Part shown: positions 1 to 11,704 of the stretch, in pieces
Position numbering within the stretch: position 1 is the first letter of the stretch
How the letters are laid out: each line of letters begins with the position of its first letter
From: Hemiscyllium ocellatum
Taxonomy: Eukaryota
NCBI RefSeq assembly: GCF_020745735.1
Contig: NW_026867603.1
Location: forward strand, 1,922,001 to 1,986,000
Direction of reading: 5' to 3'
DNA length: 64,000 nt
Position numbers and translations under genes: made by a program
Notes under the pieces: model-generated
What the model was told of the DNA's origin: nothing
The model's input: only the letters and a program-made list of their open reading frames with translations
Databases searched by the model: none

Positions 1-206
1 TTTCAGCTCGGTGCTCCCACAGTACAAAGATTTGCACGTTAGGTCAACTGGCCAGGGTCAATTGTCCATAGCGCTGAGGAATGTATCAGTTACGAGCATC
101 AGCCATGGAACATGCTGGGTTATTAATAAAAAGGATTGTTCTGGAAGGGATAAAATTTCAAGGTCGGTATGGACTTTTTGGGCCAATGGCTTGTTTCCTT
201 AGTGTG
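1..206 (+). mobile_element. Decayed 3' part of a V-SINE/HE1-like SINE
   Basis: CTCCCACAGTACAAAGATTTGCACGTTAGG and TTGGGCCAATGGCTTGTTTCC resemble the intact SINE at 35759-36108. Confidence 0.5.
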
Positions 207-229
207 GGTGTTCTATGTCCTACTGCCAG

Positions 230-590
230 GGAAAACATAAGACCGGCATCTAATCTAACAGGTGCTGTTATAATTTACTTGATTCGTTTCAATTATATCA
301 CACACTTCATTCGTCCAAATACAGGCTCTCGAAAACCAATGGCTGCTCATGGGACTGTCCTGCCATCTCTGGTGTCAGCTGAGTCACCAGTCACTCTTTT
401 CCCTCTGTGACAAGGATATCCTCTCTTAGGTCGGGAGGCCCAAATTGCACGCTCTCCTCCCCGTCTGGTCTCATCACCATTCCTGTACGGCTGCAGAAAA
501 AAAAACATCCTTATGTCTGAAATGCAACTATCTCACAGTGAGGCCAAAGTAGCACTTACCTTTTAAACTGCTTTCTGATGTTGGTCTGTT
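230..590 (-). mobile_element. Decayed CR1 LINE ORF2 C-terminal fragment
   Basis: 450-401 translates as VQFGPPDLREDILVTEG, matching the CR1 VQFWSPY.RKD motif seen intact at about 28156. Confidence 0.5.
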
Positions 591-785
591 TCGCTGTACT
601 GGTTTACAAAGATATCAGGATTAATGGTTCGTGAGCACATAACCTACAGCTGGCTTCAATGTGTTGGGACTGGCACATGGAAGCTCACTGAAACACTGAG
701 AAAGGGGCAGAGATTCATTCCAGATTGAAGTCTGAGGAAAGGCAGTATAAAAGCACCAGTAGCAACGTTAAAATGGGTACACGGC

Positions 786-900
786 CTTCCTGATGAAGGG
801 CTTTTTCCCGAAATGTCGATTATCCTGCTCCTCGGATACTGCCTTAACTGCCTTGCTTTTCCAATTTTCGATTCCAATTTCCAGCATCTGCAGTCCTCAC
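786..900 (+). mobile_element. Penelope-like element 3' tail with a minimal hammerhead motif
   Basis: CTGATGA-A-GGG-CTTTTT-CCC-GAAA-TGTC-GATT (786-821), followed by the tail shared with copies at 13475, 24624 and 54913. Confidence 0.65.
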
Positions 901-1289
901 ACGGCCAGATAGACCTCGGCTTTCATCTCAGTGAGCTTTTTCAGAGTTACTATGTATCTCAGAATTCTTCAGTTATACTTACATCTAACAGTCTTTAAAA
1001 AGTTGTCAAGTTCCACTGTGTTTGAAACTTAATATTGAAATATAATTCGGCTCCGATTTAGGTCAGTGAGCTCTCATAGCACACAGTCCCACCTCCGTTC
1101 CTGTCTGTTGCTTCTGTCTCCCTCAGTCTCACAGTCAGTCTGTCTCTCTCTTTGTCTTGCTCTCACTGTCTGCTTCAGGATGTTCTCCTCTCTGTGTTTA
1201 TTACAATCACATCACTGACAGTCCACTGACCGTGAATTATAACAAGGCAATGTTAAGGCAGAGTGTCCACTGAGAATAGATGCATTTTC

Positions 1290-1500
1290 TCTGTCCTTGG
1301 GGGGAGAGGATTGGCTGGAGGATAGTAAATAGGAAACAAACTTAATATCTCCAGTATCACTGGGAAAAACCCATATTCAGTGGAGAAAAAGCTTAGGGAA
1401 CGATCGAAGAGGCTGTATAGAGATCATAGACAGCTCCGTGAGTATGCAAGGAATTGGTAGATGGAATAGAATGTGAAGAAATATCAATGAGCAATATAGA
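1290..1500 (+). mobile_element. Highly decayed CR1 RT fragment
   Basis: AGGCTGTATAGAGATCATAGACAG...GGTAGATGGAATAGAATGTG resembles the LQRDIDKL..WA..WQMEFN region of the intact CR1. Confidence 0.4.
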
Positions 1501-1715
1501 TTTACAATTTAACTCAATGACAGATTAATATCCGCGGTCCGGGCATAATTCACACTTCCAGACCAAGCAAGGTTTTGTGCCTGAGGGAGGGCAACTTTCT
1601 GACTGGCTATGATTAAATTGAAACCTAAAGGTACTGGCTACAGCACAGTTCACTATGTCTCATATCATCACTGATATAGTATAGTGCGAATTATATTGAA
1701 AAATAAATGATGTGG

Positions 1716-1870
1716 TGGTAGCAGTGTTGGACTGGGCTGGATAGGCATAATAATCACACAACACCATGTTGTAGTCTGACATGTTTATTTTGAAGTACAA
1801 GTTTTCAGAACTATGTAATTAAGGAGCAGCATTCTGATAACCTACTGCTGTGTGATTTTTAACATCGTTA
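1716..1870. mobile_element. Decayed inverted pair of PLE tails (second tail family)
   Basis: AATCACACAACACC...TTTATTTTGAAGTAC is the reverse complement of the tail at 18140-18200; a partial forward copy follows (AAGGAGCAGC...TGTGTGATTTTTAAC). Confidence 0.5.
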
Positions 1871-2559
1871 AAGATAGCAGTGAACATGTGTATAGGTGAG
1901 AACAGTGATTCACACTGTTTATAAATTGTGAGAAATTAATAAGCTTTCTTGTCCAGAGTGGCTTGCAGGAGCAGATATTTAAGTGAATTGTCGATCCAGC
2001 TACGCACAGGACACTTGACACATTGATAGTTGTTTCCACCCTCTCGATCGGATTTTCCCTTTCACTGAATGTATTGATAACTCTGCAATTTATCCTTGAC
2101 ATTGTCGCTCTGTGACACATTGTATACACAGACGTGCACGGTCTTGATCTGCCTTTCAACATCAAACACGTCCACAGCAAAAGACATTAATTGAATCTCA
2201 TACTAAATCCTTTACACCTGCGCACAAACATGCTCAATTTTGGACTCAATTTGTCTGCCACTTACACAAGTTCACACACATACACAATCTCACATCAATG
2301 TATCCCATCCTGACACGCACCTGTGTCAATTTTGAACGCATCTTCCCACACACTCAAACACTCTCGCATTCAAATATACTCAATGACACACTCACCTACA
2401 TCTGCACACTGTTGGATAATATTTTGCGCATGCGCATACTTTCCATCCAAGAGGTTTGTTTTATTGCAGATTTTATTTTTGTATGCAACTCTGTGACAGC
2501 AGAGACGATATGAAGAGAAATACTGCTTTCGTACTGTCCCAAGGAATCAACTTGGCTTT

Positions 2560-2912
2560 AAGAAAATATTTTTCTCCACACAATCCACATCAAACACGCC
2601 CAGAACAGGTCCAGCACGGGATTAAATACAGAGAGAATGTGTATCCACATCCTCCTCCTCGAACACGCTAGGATAGGGCCAGCACAATATTAAATACAGA
2701 GTGCATGCCCCTCCACATCCTACTCCTTAACCGCGCCCAGGATTGGTACGGCACGGGGTGGGATACAGCGTTAATGTCCCTACTCATCTTCTTCCTCACA
2801 CACGCCCAAGACAGGGATAGCATGCGATGAGATACAGAATGAATGTCTGTCCACATTATTGCGTTCAAACACGCCCAGGAGAGGTACAACACAGGGTTAG
2901 ATACAAAATAAA
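2560..2912. repeat. About 69-bp tandem repeat, 5 diverged units
   Basis: ACACGCCCAG-like unit starts at 2594, 2663, about 2732, 2800 and 2869, each followed by an (A/G)ATACA motif. Confidence 0.8.
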
Positions 2913-2954
2913 TCAGGTCAGTAAGCACACACAGCTCTTTAAATATCGATATCT

Positions 2955-3170
2955 CTATCACTCTTTCTCTCACTCCATCTCTTTCGTTCTCTTTCTCTTC
3001 TCTCTTTTCTTTTTCACTCGTTTTCTCTCACACACACACTCACCCACCTATTCTCTTTCTCTCACTCTTCCTTGCTCACTTTACCTCTTTCTTTCGTCCT
3101 CTTGCTCTCGGTCACTCAGTCACACTCACTTGCTCAGTTACATTCACTCGCCCGCTTCCTCCCTAAATAA
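2955..3170. repeat. TC-rich low-complexity tract
   Basis: Pyrimidine-rich (TC)n/(TTC)n sequence. Confidence 0.75.
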
Positions 3171-3198
3171 AAGCAAATTACTGCGTATGCTGGAATCT

Positions 3199-3360
3199 GA
3201 GACCAAAAGAGAAAATGCTGGAAAATCTCAGTACGTCTGGCAGCATCTGTAAGGAGAGGAAAGAGCTGTCAGTTAGACTCGAAAGGTCAGCGTTTTTTTC
3301 TCTCTTTACAGATGCTTCCAGACCTGCTGAGATATTCCAGCATTTTCTCTTTTGGTTCTC
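3199..3360. mobile_element. Palindrome of two PLE tails
   Basis: Arms 3199-3263 and 3293-3360 are reverse complements (AGAGAAAATGCTGGAA / TTCCAGCATTTTCTCT); the centre keeps GACTCGAAAGGTC, a half hammerhead. Confidence 0.75.
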
Positions 3361-4840
3361 GCTTACTCCCTCACTGTTATCCACATTCCCCAACAGTCAT
3401 GGTTCCTAACTCACAGCCACGTCCACTCCCTCATGGTCATGCTTACACCTTCACCGTCATGCTCGTTCACTCAATCTGCACTCACTCCCCCACTATCACG
3501 TTCACTCCCTCAGTATCAAGCTCACTCCCCCACAGTCACACTCACTCCCTCACTCAATCTCTAACTGTCACACTCAAGCCATGAAAATCGCACTCACTAC
3601 CTCACACACCCTCCCTCACTATCACACTCACCCCTCAATCTCAATTATCCTGTCAAGCTGACTCCCTTACCCTCTGAGTCACTGTCTCACGCCCACTGCC
3701 TCACTGCCACACTCACTCACCACATCCTCCCACACTATCTCATTCACTCGCCATATCTCACTCACTCTCCAACCCTCGCACACATTATCCAAAAGTCTCA
3801 CTCACTCCATCACAGTCACTCCCTCACTGACACACTCACACACCCATTGTCACTCTCTCTCCTTCACACTACTCCCTCATTCTGACTCACTTCTTCACTG
3901 TCCCCAAACACCTTCACGATAACAGACTGTCACTGCTTCATTATCACACCTCACTCTTTCATTGTCGCCCTTACTCCCTCACAGTCACATTGATGCCCTC
4001 GCAGACACAGGTGCTTCCTCATAATCACACACTCAGTCCCTCACAGTCGCACTCAGTCTCGGACTGACACTCACTCTCTCACTGCCACTCCCATTCCATA
4101 ATATCTCTCACTCCCCTATCTAGCACTCAATCCCTCACTGTTATACTTATTTCTCAATCATACGCTCACAGGCTCAGACTCAATGGCTACCACTCACGTC
4201 CCCACTGTCATTTTCATTCCATAATGCTCAGTCCCTCATAGTCTCTCTCACTGTCACATTCTTTTCCTTAAAGTCACACTAATTCCTCGCACTCACTCCT
4301 TCACCGTTACATAGTATCCTTCGCCATAATACTGACTCTCTCTCACTCACTATCTTAGTGTCATGCTTAGTGTCTCACTGTCATGCTCATTCCCTTGCAA
4401 TTACTCCATCACTCTCACTCTCTCACTGTTACCCTCATTGCCTTACTGACACCCCGATTCCCTCTTTGTCATGTTGACTCCCTCACATGCACTCTTTCAC
4501 AGTCCCTCTAAATCCCTCTAAATCCCTCTAAATCCCTCTCTGTCACTCCCTCACAGTAAAACTCACTCCCTGATTCTCACTGCTCCACCATCTCGCTCAT
4601 TTTATCACGTCTTGTTTTCTCCCCCAAAGTCTCCTTCACTGTCATATAGCTCTGTCATTGTCACCCTACGTGTCGCACAATCACTCGCAGTCTCATGCAA
4701 TCCATTAGTATCACTCATTCTCTCACAGTCTCACTTACTTCCTCGGAGTTCCATTCGTTCCCTCACACTGCCTTACATCTCCTGAAAACGACCGCTGAAT
4801 TCATTCACTCACTCTGCATTGAATACTGGCCCGTGAACAC
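3361..4840. repeat. Degenerate CTCACT/CACTC-rich satellite, including (TCCCTCTAAA)x3.7 at 4503-4539
   Basis: G-poor plus strand with recurring CTCACTCCCTCACTGTCACA-like words. Confidence 0.75.
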
Positions 4841-5496
4841 ATCCCCAGTCAATCTCCTTGAAATCGCCTTTCAACGCATTCACACTCTATTCTTCGAAAA
4901 GCAGACAGTGGCCATGCAAAAGCTATTCCGTTTGTAAAATTCTATTTCCCTCTCCGCCTCCCAAATCTTTTGACCTAGCAACAGCTACACTTCACTTTTT
5001 TTTTCCGAACTAACATTTGTGTTCTCTGGGTCACTTCTCCCCTCGCACTGGCTTTTGTCTCAAGCCTCAAACTGATATCCTTACAACGACCAGAAGCTAG
5101 ATAGCCCTCTCTGTGGCCCTCGCAACAGAAGGTGAGACAGGATTTGAGAAAGATTTGTGTTGGAGGGCAGGGAATCCAAATTGGAGAATACAAAACGGCG
5201 GGAGAGTGAAGGAGACAGGGGCAAGGGGGATATTGAGAAAGAGAGAGAAGAAGAGGAGGAGAGACAGGGGGATATGAGACATAGTAGAAGGGAGATATGG
5301 ACGGAGATGGAACGTGGGATTAATTTTGTCAAGGCCAAGTTGAGGTGAAATCAAGGACAGAGTGATTACACCCCAACCCCTGAGATCAATCTGGGTCCAT
5401 TACCATTTGCTCAGGAGCAGTACTAAGGACAACGACCACGCTAAAACAAGGGACAGGATAGATCACTCTGCTGTTTCGTACTTTATATTGAACGTT

Positions 5497-5502
5497 TTTA
5501 TT
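5497..5502 (-). terminator. Candidate polyadenylation signal AATAAA for the GPCR
   Basis: AATAAA on the minus strand about 213 nt downstream of the stop codon. Confidence 0.4.
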
Positions 5503-5714
5503 TTTCAATTGAATTAATCGATACAGTGAGAAAAATTGTGTCTTTTCGCACTGGCCCCTCAGTTGAAGGAAATGTTGAAACGTGCCCGTAAAATCCCCTT
5601 TGGGATAAGGTTGGACAAACCAACAGTGCCTTCAACCAAAGTGACAGACTGTTGCATTCCTGAAGCATTGAATTGAAACGATGAAATGCCGGATGGAGTT
5701 TTAATGAGTGAATA

Positions 5715-6616
5715 TTATTGATTAATGAATTTGAGTAAAGGATATTTCAGCACATTCTTCAGCTGCTTTCTGAACTTAGTCTGGGTCACTGCATAAATCG
5801 CAGTGTTTGTGCAGCAACTGAGGAGCTGTAACATGAAGCCCAATTCCTGCACAAACTTATGTAGATACACAGAATGATACATAATATTTCTGATGCGGTT
5901 CCAAATAGAAAACACCATTAACGTTGACCACAGGAATATGAAATTGGCCGAGATCATAAACAGTAAAATAATGGATTTCTTTCGGTTTTGCATTTCTGTG
6001 TCACTCGGACCGTCACCACTGGTGTGAGCCCGAAGTCTCCTGCGGGCTTTGCTGGTCACTAAAATGTGTCTGACGGTGAAAACATTGAGCAGCAAAATCA
6101 GGAGAAATGGGACAACCGGGTTTAGAATGTGATGGAAGAACTCGATTACGACCCAGAGATAAACGTAATAAGCTTCGTTCACATTGTCTCTTAATTGACA
6201 AAACCAGGGCTCGTTCACCAGCCAATACCGATCTTGAAGCATAAAATACCAGAAAATATTTGTTAAAAAGCTCAGCGTAGTCACTATTCCCAGAACGGCA
6301 GCTGACGTTTTCTTGGTACAATATTTACTTTTCAGCTTCTGGCAACAAATGGCCACAAATCGATCAAAGGTGAAAGTGACGGTGAACCAGACAGAACAGT
6401 CAGTGGCCGCATAAAGCAGGACGGCGTGGATATTACACACTGGGATGAAAAACAGAAAATAAAACTGTTCCCAGTAAACAATGGGAATGTGTCTCAGTAT
6501 CAGGTCGAGGATAATCACCAGGAGATCCGCCACTGCCATTGCCCCCAGGTAACATCTGATACATGGAGTCAATCCACAATCTTTATAAAGCAGGATGTAG
6601 ATCGTTATTACGTTAA
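5715..6616 (-). CDS. GPR139-like: Exon 2 of a class A (rhodopsin-like) GPCR, GPR139/GPR142-like; end of TM1 to C-terminus
   Basis: Open frame with TM2 AMAVADLL, TM3 PVCNIH...FTFDRFVAIC, ECL2 PWFC, TM5 LNPVVPF, TM6 FIFLWST, TM7 CCTNTAIY, helix 8 KFRKQL; TAA at 5717-5715. Acceptor TCTTTGTTTCCCTTCTCCGCAG ends at 6617, branch-like CTGAT at 6651-6647. Family assignment is from motif recall; orthology not established. Confidence 0.92.
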
Positions 6617-7168
6617 CTGCGGAGAAGGGAAACAAAGACATTATACATCAGCCTGGAGGCAAAGTTACCAGTATGATTGAGGACAGTGAGAATTTCAGTT
6701 GTGTTACTGCATTCCGAGAGTTATTAAAATATTTGGAGCAGACATAACAAATGGAAATTTTTGAATCACTAACAGAAATGTGGCGTAAATCAGAAGATAA
6801 CCTCCCTCCCCAAACACACCAACATACGTTAATCAGAGCAAATGTTTTCCAGAATGTTCTCACGCACTCGAAAGCAGACACAGGTCACTTCTTCACTATT
6901 ATGGAGTCTGAATACGTTGTCATCTTGAAGGATTTTCTCCCGGTTCTTTAAAGACATACAGAGGATGGAACTTTTCTGTCCTATTTTCTAAATTGTAATT
7001 GATCTCTGTCGTAAAGAAATGTAAACACAGGAAAAACGTATTCAACCTTTAACTGCCTGAGGGAACTTCGAAACAGTGTTTCTGCCTTCCTGGAATAGGA
7101 CCTCTTCCCTCGGGAAACTGCCTTTTGTTCAATTCACTGAAGTCCAGCCATTTTCCAAGCATGTTGAT

Positions 7169-7660
7169 TACAGAATGTGCTGGGGAATGTGGGGCATAGA
7201 CCGCTACAGAGAATGGCGTTATAGAATGTTCTGGGGAAAATCAGACATAGAACTTCCTGGAAAATGTCAGTTGTACAATATTCTGGGGAATGTCGAATAT
7301 GGAATGTTCCAGGGAATATAGGTTCTGGAATGTTCTGTTGAATGTCACTTTTGTAATTTTTGGTGAATATTAGACACAGAATGTTTGAGTGAGTATATGG
7401 CACAGGATCTTACGGGGAATCTCAGGTACAGAGTATTCCAAGGAATATGGTGTATAGAATGTTGGATATAGAGTGTTCGGTTCAATGCCCATCTCGGAAT
7501 GTTCCATGGAATGCCGGTTATGTAATGTTCCATTTAATGTCATGTGTACAATATTTCAATGAATATCTGATATAGAATGTTCAGAGGGATATCAGGTATA
7601 GAATATTCCAGGGGATATCGGATATAGGATGTTCCGGATAATGTTGGGTATATAATGATA
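7169..7660. repeat. 26-bp minisatellite (consensus near ATAGAATGTTCCAGGGAATATCAGGT)
   Basis: Unit starts at 7221, 7247, 7273, 7299, 7325 and again at 7572, 7598, 7624, 7650, an exact 26-bp spacing within each run. Confidence 0.85.
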
Positions 7661-8376
7661 ACAACCTCATTAAAAAAGAGGCCATCTGCCCTTCATGTTT
7701 GGTGAGATCCACTCAGCCTCACGGTGGGAATCACTCGCCAAACGCAACTCAGCTGGCACTCTGCATAAAAATAACATTAAAATTAAGAAAATACCTCCAA
7801 CACTTAATGTAAATCACACAGATGCACTCACGTATTCGGAGATATCCTTCATCTCCTTTTCAGTTTTGCATAAAGCATTCAGCTATGAAGTGTTCAAAGG
7901 TATTCAGTTTCCAAAATCAGTCACCCTGTAGCCACGTGTCTTTAATGCCATTAAACAATACGCATTTGTGCAACAAAAGTTGCACAAACAGCTTTTTTTT
8001 AGAGTGCAACACAAATTCAAATCGAGTACCTTTCATTCAGATTTTTTAAAACTACTATTCTCTGCTGCAAGTTCACCACCTTTATTTCTCACATTGATTG
8101 GTCATGAAATACTCTACCATCATTATATTCATAGAGTCTGACCAGGTTAGTAGTGTGTCATGAATCCCTATCACTATCCCTCGGTGTATTCTGTCCGACT
8201 CATAGGTCAGATCCACCAGTGATAGGGCACCGTGGGATGAAGTCACGAAAGGAGCCACCCTGTAATTCCCCAACACAGATGTTTCAGAACCCTGGAAATC
8301 TCATGGTAAAAAGTTAAAGGTAATGAAAGGAATCGCCTGATGATGGAAATCTATTGCCCTGATAACTCAGATCCCC

Positions 8377-8693
8377 TAGATTAGATTTGATTACTTGCAG
8401 TGTGGAACCAGGCCCTTCTGCCCAATAAGCCCACACCGACCAGACGAAGCACAACCCATCCATTCCCCAACATTTGCCCCTTTATTTAACACTACGGGCA
8501 ATTTAGTACGGCCAATTCATCTGATCTGCACATCTTTGGACTGTAGGAGGAAACCGGAGCACATGGTGGAAACCCACGCAGACACGGAGAGAATGTGCAA
8601 ACTCCACACAGTCATTCGCCTGAGTCGGGAATTGAACCCGGGTCTCTGGCACTGTGAGGCAGCAGTGCTAGCCACTGTGTTACCGTGCCGCCC
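8377..8693 (-). mobile_element. HE1-like tRNA-derived SINE (V-SINE type) with (TAATC)n tail
   Basis: A-box and B-box (GGTTCAATTCC) head, central CCTCCTACAGTCCAAAGATGTGCAG domain, TAGAT repeats on the plus strand at 8377-8392. Confidence 0.9.
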
Positions 8694-9914
8694 ACAGATC
8701 TTGAAAAGAAAACAGAAGTGGCACTTATGGTGACAAGGACACAGAATGTACTCCAAGTGTGGCACTTAAATGCCATCACCAATAGTGTCTCCGCAACCTC
8801 GCCACAGACTGAGCTGGGCCAGGTCTCAAATAAGCTGCAGAGATGCAGAAGCCAAGAATAGGGAATAGTGCACAGAAAGCTACATGTCGCCAATGTGTCT
8901 GTGCCTTGCACTGTCTGTAGGAATACCCAACATGCAATCCTCGAGCCAGGAAAGATTTTAGTCACACACTAACGGTACTGCTCACTATGTTCTATAACAC
9001 TATCGCCTGCAAAGTAGAGCGTGCCTCTGCAGGTCTGAGCAAATGGAATCTGGGCATCCATCAGGTCGTGAGTGCTATCAGCAGCTGCAGCATCAATGAC
9101 TATGCCTCCTTCATAACGTCAGAAGTGGCCTGTTCACTGAGGAATCCAAAATGATCAGCACCATCCACAACTATATTGAAGCAAACTATTCAGCCCATCC
9201 AGCGTTTTGAAACAGGAACAGAATGAGGTCATTAAGCCATTCGCGCCTGCTATTCAGCAATTTCAGCAGATTTTTAATCTCTCATGCCTGTTACACAGTA
9301 AATGGAAGCGAATATTCAGCCTTTCAAACCTGCTATAACATATTACGGGGAGTATTGTTTACTGAGGCAGAAGCAAATGTAAAATAGGATAAATTAGGAT
9401 TTAGCAGTTTAACAGAAATTAATGACTGCAGTGACAATTGCTGAGTCCTGAACTATTTGCAAATGAAATCAATAACTTCAATAAATGGCATAGAGACATT
9501 CCAATTAAATGTGTCAATGGTATAAAGATAGGTACAAAACTCCTTCAATATGTGTTTAGAAGCAATTTTCCATGAGGACGGACTATCCAAAGAAAGTATT
9601 ACATCAAATTTAGACTGTGTACATAAGCGTACTTTACACAGACCAATCAAAAATGTGCACGTATTTTATAGTTATCAATACCTAGTCACAATGAGTAATT
9701 CTAGTTATTTCACTTGTTCCAATTAAAGGCAGTATCTAAACACTTATCTCGTTGTAAAACATGATTTCAGGAGAGACTTATTTTGACCTGAGTCATTGTC
9801 TTAACCATTATGTGACATATAGTATCTGCCTTGTTGTCTTTTATCTTTGACTATTTCTTTCTAGAGCAGTTACATGGTCTCCCCTGCAGTTTTCGAGATG
9901 ACTAATTTATGATG

Positions 9915-10134
9915 GGAGAAAGTGAGAACTGTAGGTGCTGGAGATCTGAGTCGACAGTCTGGCGCTCGAAAAGCACAGCCAGTCAGGCAGCATCCGAGGA
10001 GCAGCAGATTTAAGATTTCCAGTATTAGCCCGACACGAGATTTCTTGTTTAAGGGTTTATGATTGAAACATTAACTGTTCGACTCGTTGGATACTGCCTT
10101 ACTGGCTGTGTTTTTCCAGCACCACACTTCGACT
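9915..10134. mobile_element. Palindrome of two PLE tails with decayed hammerhead centre
   Basis: GAAAAGCACAGCCAGTCAGGCAGCATCC pairs with GGATACTGCCTTACTGGCTGTGTTTTTC; same tail family as 786 and 54913. Confidence 0.7.
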
Positions 10135-11704
10135 GGTTTATGATACAGAGGGACGCCAACAGCGCAGGTTGTATTGCCCATGATGACGAGATTACCATAA
10201 AGGATCCATATTCTCTACTCACACCCAAGATGTGGGGACACTCAATTTTAATGACCATAATTGGACTCTGTCAAATCTGAGAGCAGACACATGGTTCTCT
10301 GTGACACTCCCTTCTTCATTCGGTCACTACTAGCATTATTACAATTGTTCTTCGTTATTATTTAGTTTTTCATTTTAATCCTGGTTAGTCTAGTCATCTG
10401 CAGTTCTGTCTAGTACCACTTTCAGCACTTTTGCCGACATCACACATTTCTGTGCACTTCCCAATAATCATTGGCACCTATGTTCTCTATGAATCTGTTT
10501 ACCTCGACATTTGTATTTTAAAAAAATCAATATTTCTGCCTCGAGGGGAGAGAATTCCAAAGTCGTACAACACTACGGTAAATATTTTATTTAAAACAAA
10601 CCAAAAGCATAACATATCGCCGCTAGCTGTACTTGAAATGAACTGTGTCGGAGGACAGTGGCAGTTACACCCAGTCTTTCTGAGAACACATCCAGAGTGC
10701 TTTGTGTAAAGATGTCTTTGTCTCCTTATCTGAGAAAGGAGATAAGTACATTGGAAGTAGTTCTGAGCTGTTTCTCTTCACATATTCCTGGGCTAAAGAG
10801 CTTATTTTGTGGCGACTTTAACATGTTAACTTGGAATGAGGTTTGAATATATTAAGTCAATCAAAACCTTGAACAGAGTGAATCAGGTCAATATTCTCGC
10901 CATTTGGCTTTGCACCTTTATTGAGTCAGCTTAATTCAGTAAGAAACTTTTTATTTGTTGCTGGCTGAAGAAATCTGCCTGAGCTGTTCCTTTAACTGAA
11001 CCTGACCTAGTCTGAGACTGATAGCCATGCGACCTAGACCAAATCACCAACGTTTTTACGTTGAAAACCTGTTTTGACCAGAAGAGGAGAGGGACGACAA
11101 AAGGATAAAGTAACCCCTCCAAACTGTGACAAGACCGGGATTGGGGGAATTCATCAAGTTGGATTGCATTCAAGTGTGAATTATCTTTCCCAAATATATG
11201 TGGTGGTTGGATCCATGAATTACATCGAGAGTAAATTTGTTTAATTTTTGATAAAAAGTTGAATCATTGATAATGGGGGGTTTTAAAGAAAAACGCAGGC
11301 TGGGATCAGCAATGAGAAGTTTCCAGAGCTTATTTGCTAGTGTGTTCGTTTCAAACTCTCAAATCGATCAATTGTGCTGCCCAGTGCTTTGTTCCGGTGC
11401 TCTACTCTGCGATTAAAGAGTAAATAAAAATCTTTTGGTCCGGTGTAAGTTGGGCAACGTAGGTGAAAAAAACAGGCTGGGTTAGGAAGAGGCGTTCCCC
11501 CATTCCTCTTTCCAAGTTTCCATTCTCTGCTACTTCAGAACAACTTGTTGATCATGTTACATACCCAGATTCACTGGAAAGACCCCTTCCACACCATGTA
11601 TCAACAAGTTTTAGCTTAACCGAATCCTCTGCTCTTCCTCAATGTTACATTGCGCAACACGAATTCCAGGAAAACGATCAATTTATCTCCAAACACAGAA
11701 CATA

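Noticed and set aside
2560-2912. CRISPR-like repeat/spacer look of the 69-bp array
   Set aside because: Eukaryotic context, whole units are homologous, repeats are degenerate, no cas genes.
5081-5354. Glu/Arg-rich and Ser/Leu-rich ORFs
   Set aside because: Products of a GA-rich low-complexity tract.
6617-6641. MSLFPFSA start of the 308-aa ORF
   Set aside because: It translates the polypyrimidine tract and acceptor; TM1 is incomplete without exon 1 at 43414-43588.
10700-11460. Possible solo LTR (AATAAA near 11424)
   Set aside because: No TG...CA termini, TSD, primer-binding site or second copy could be identified.
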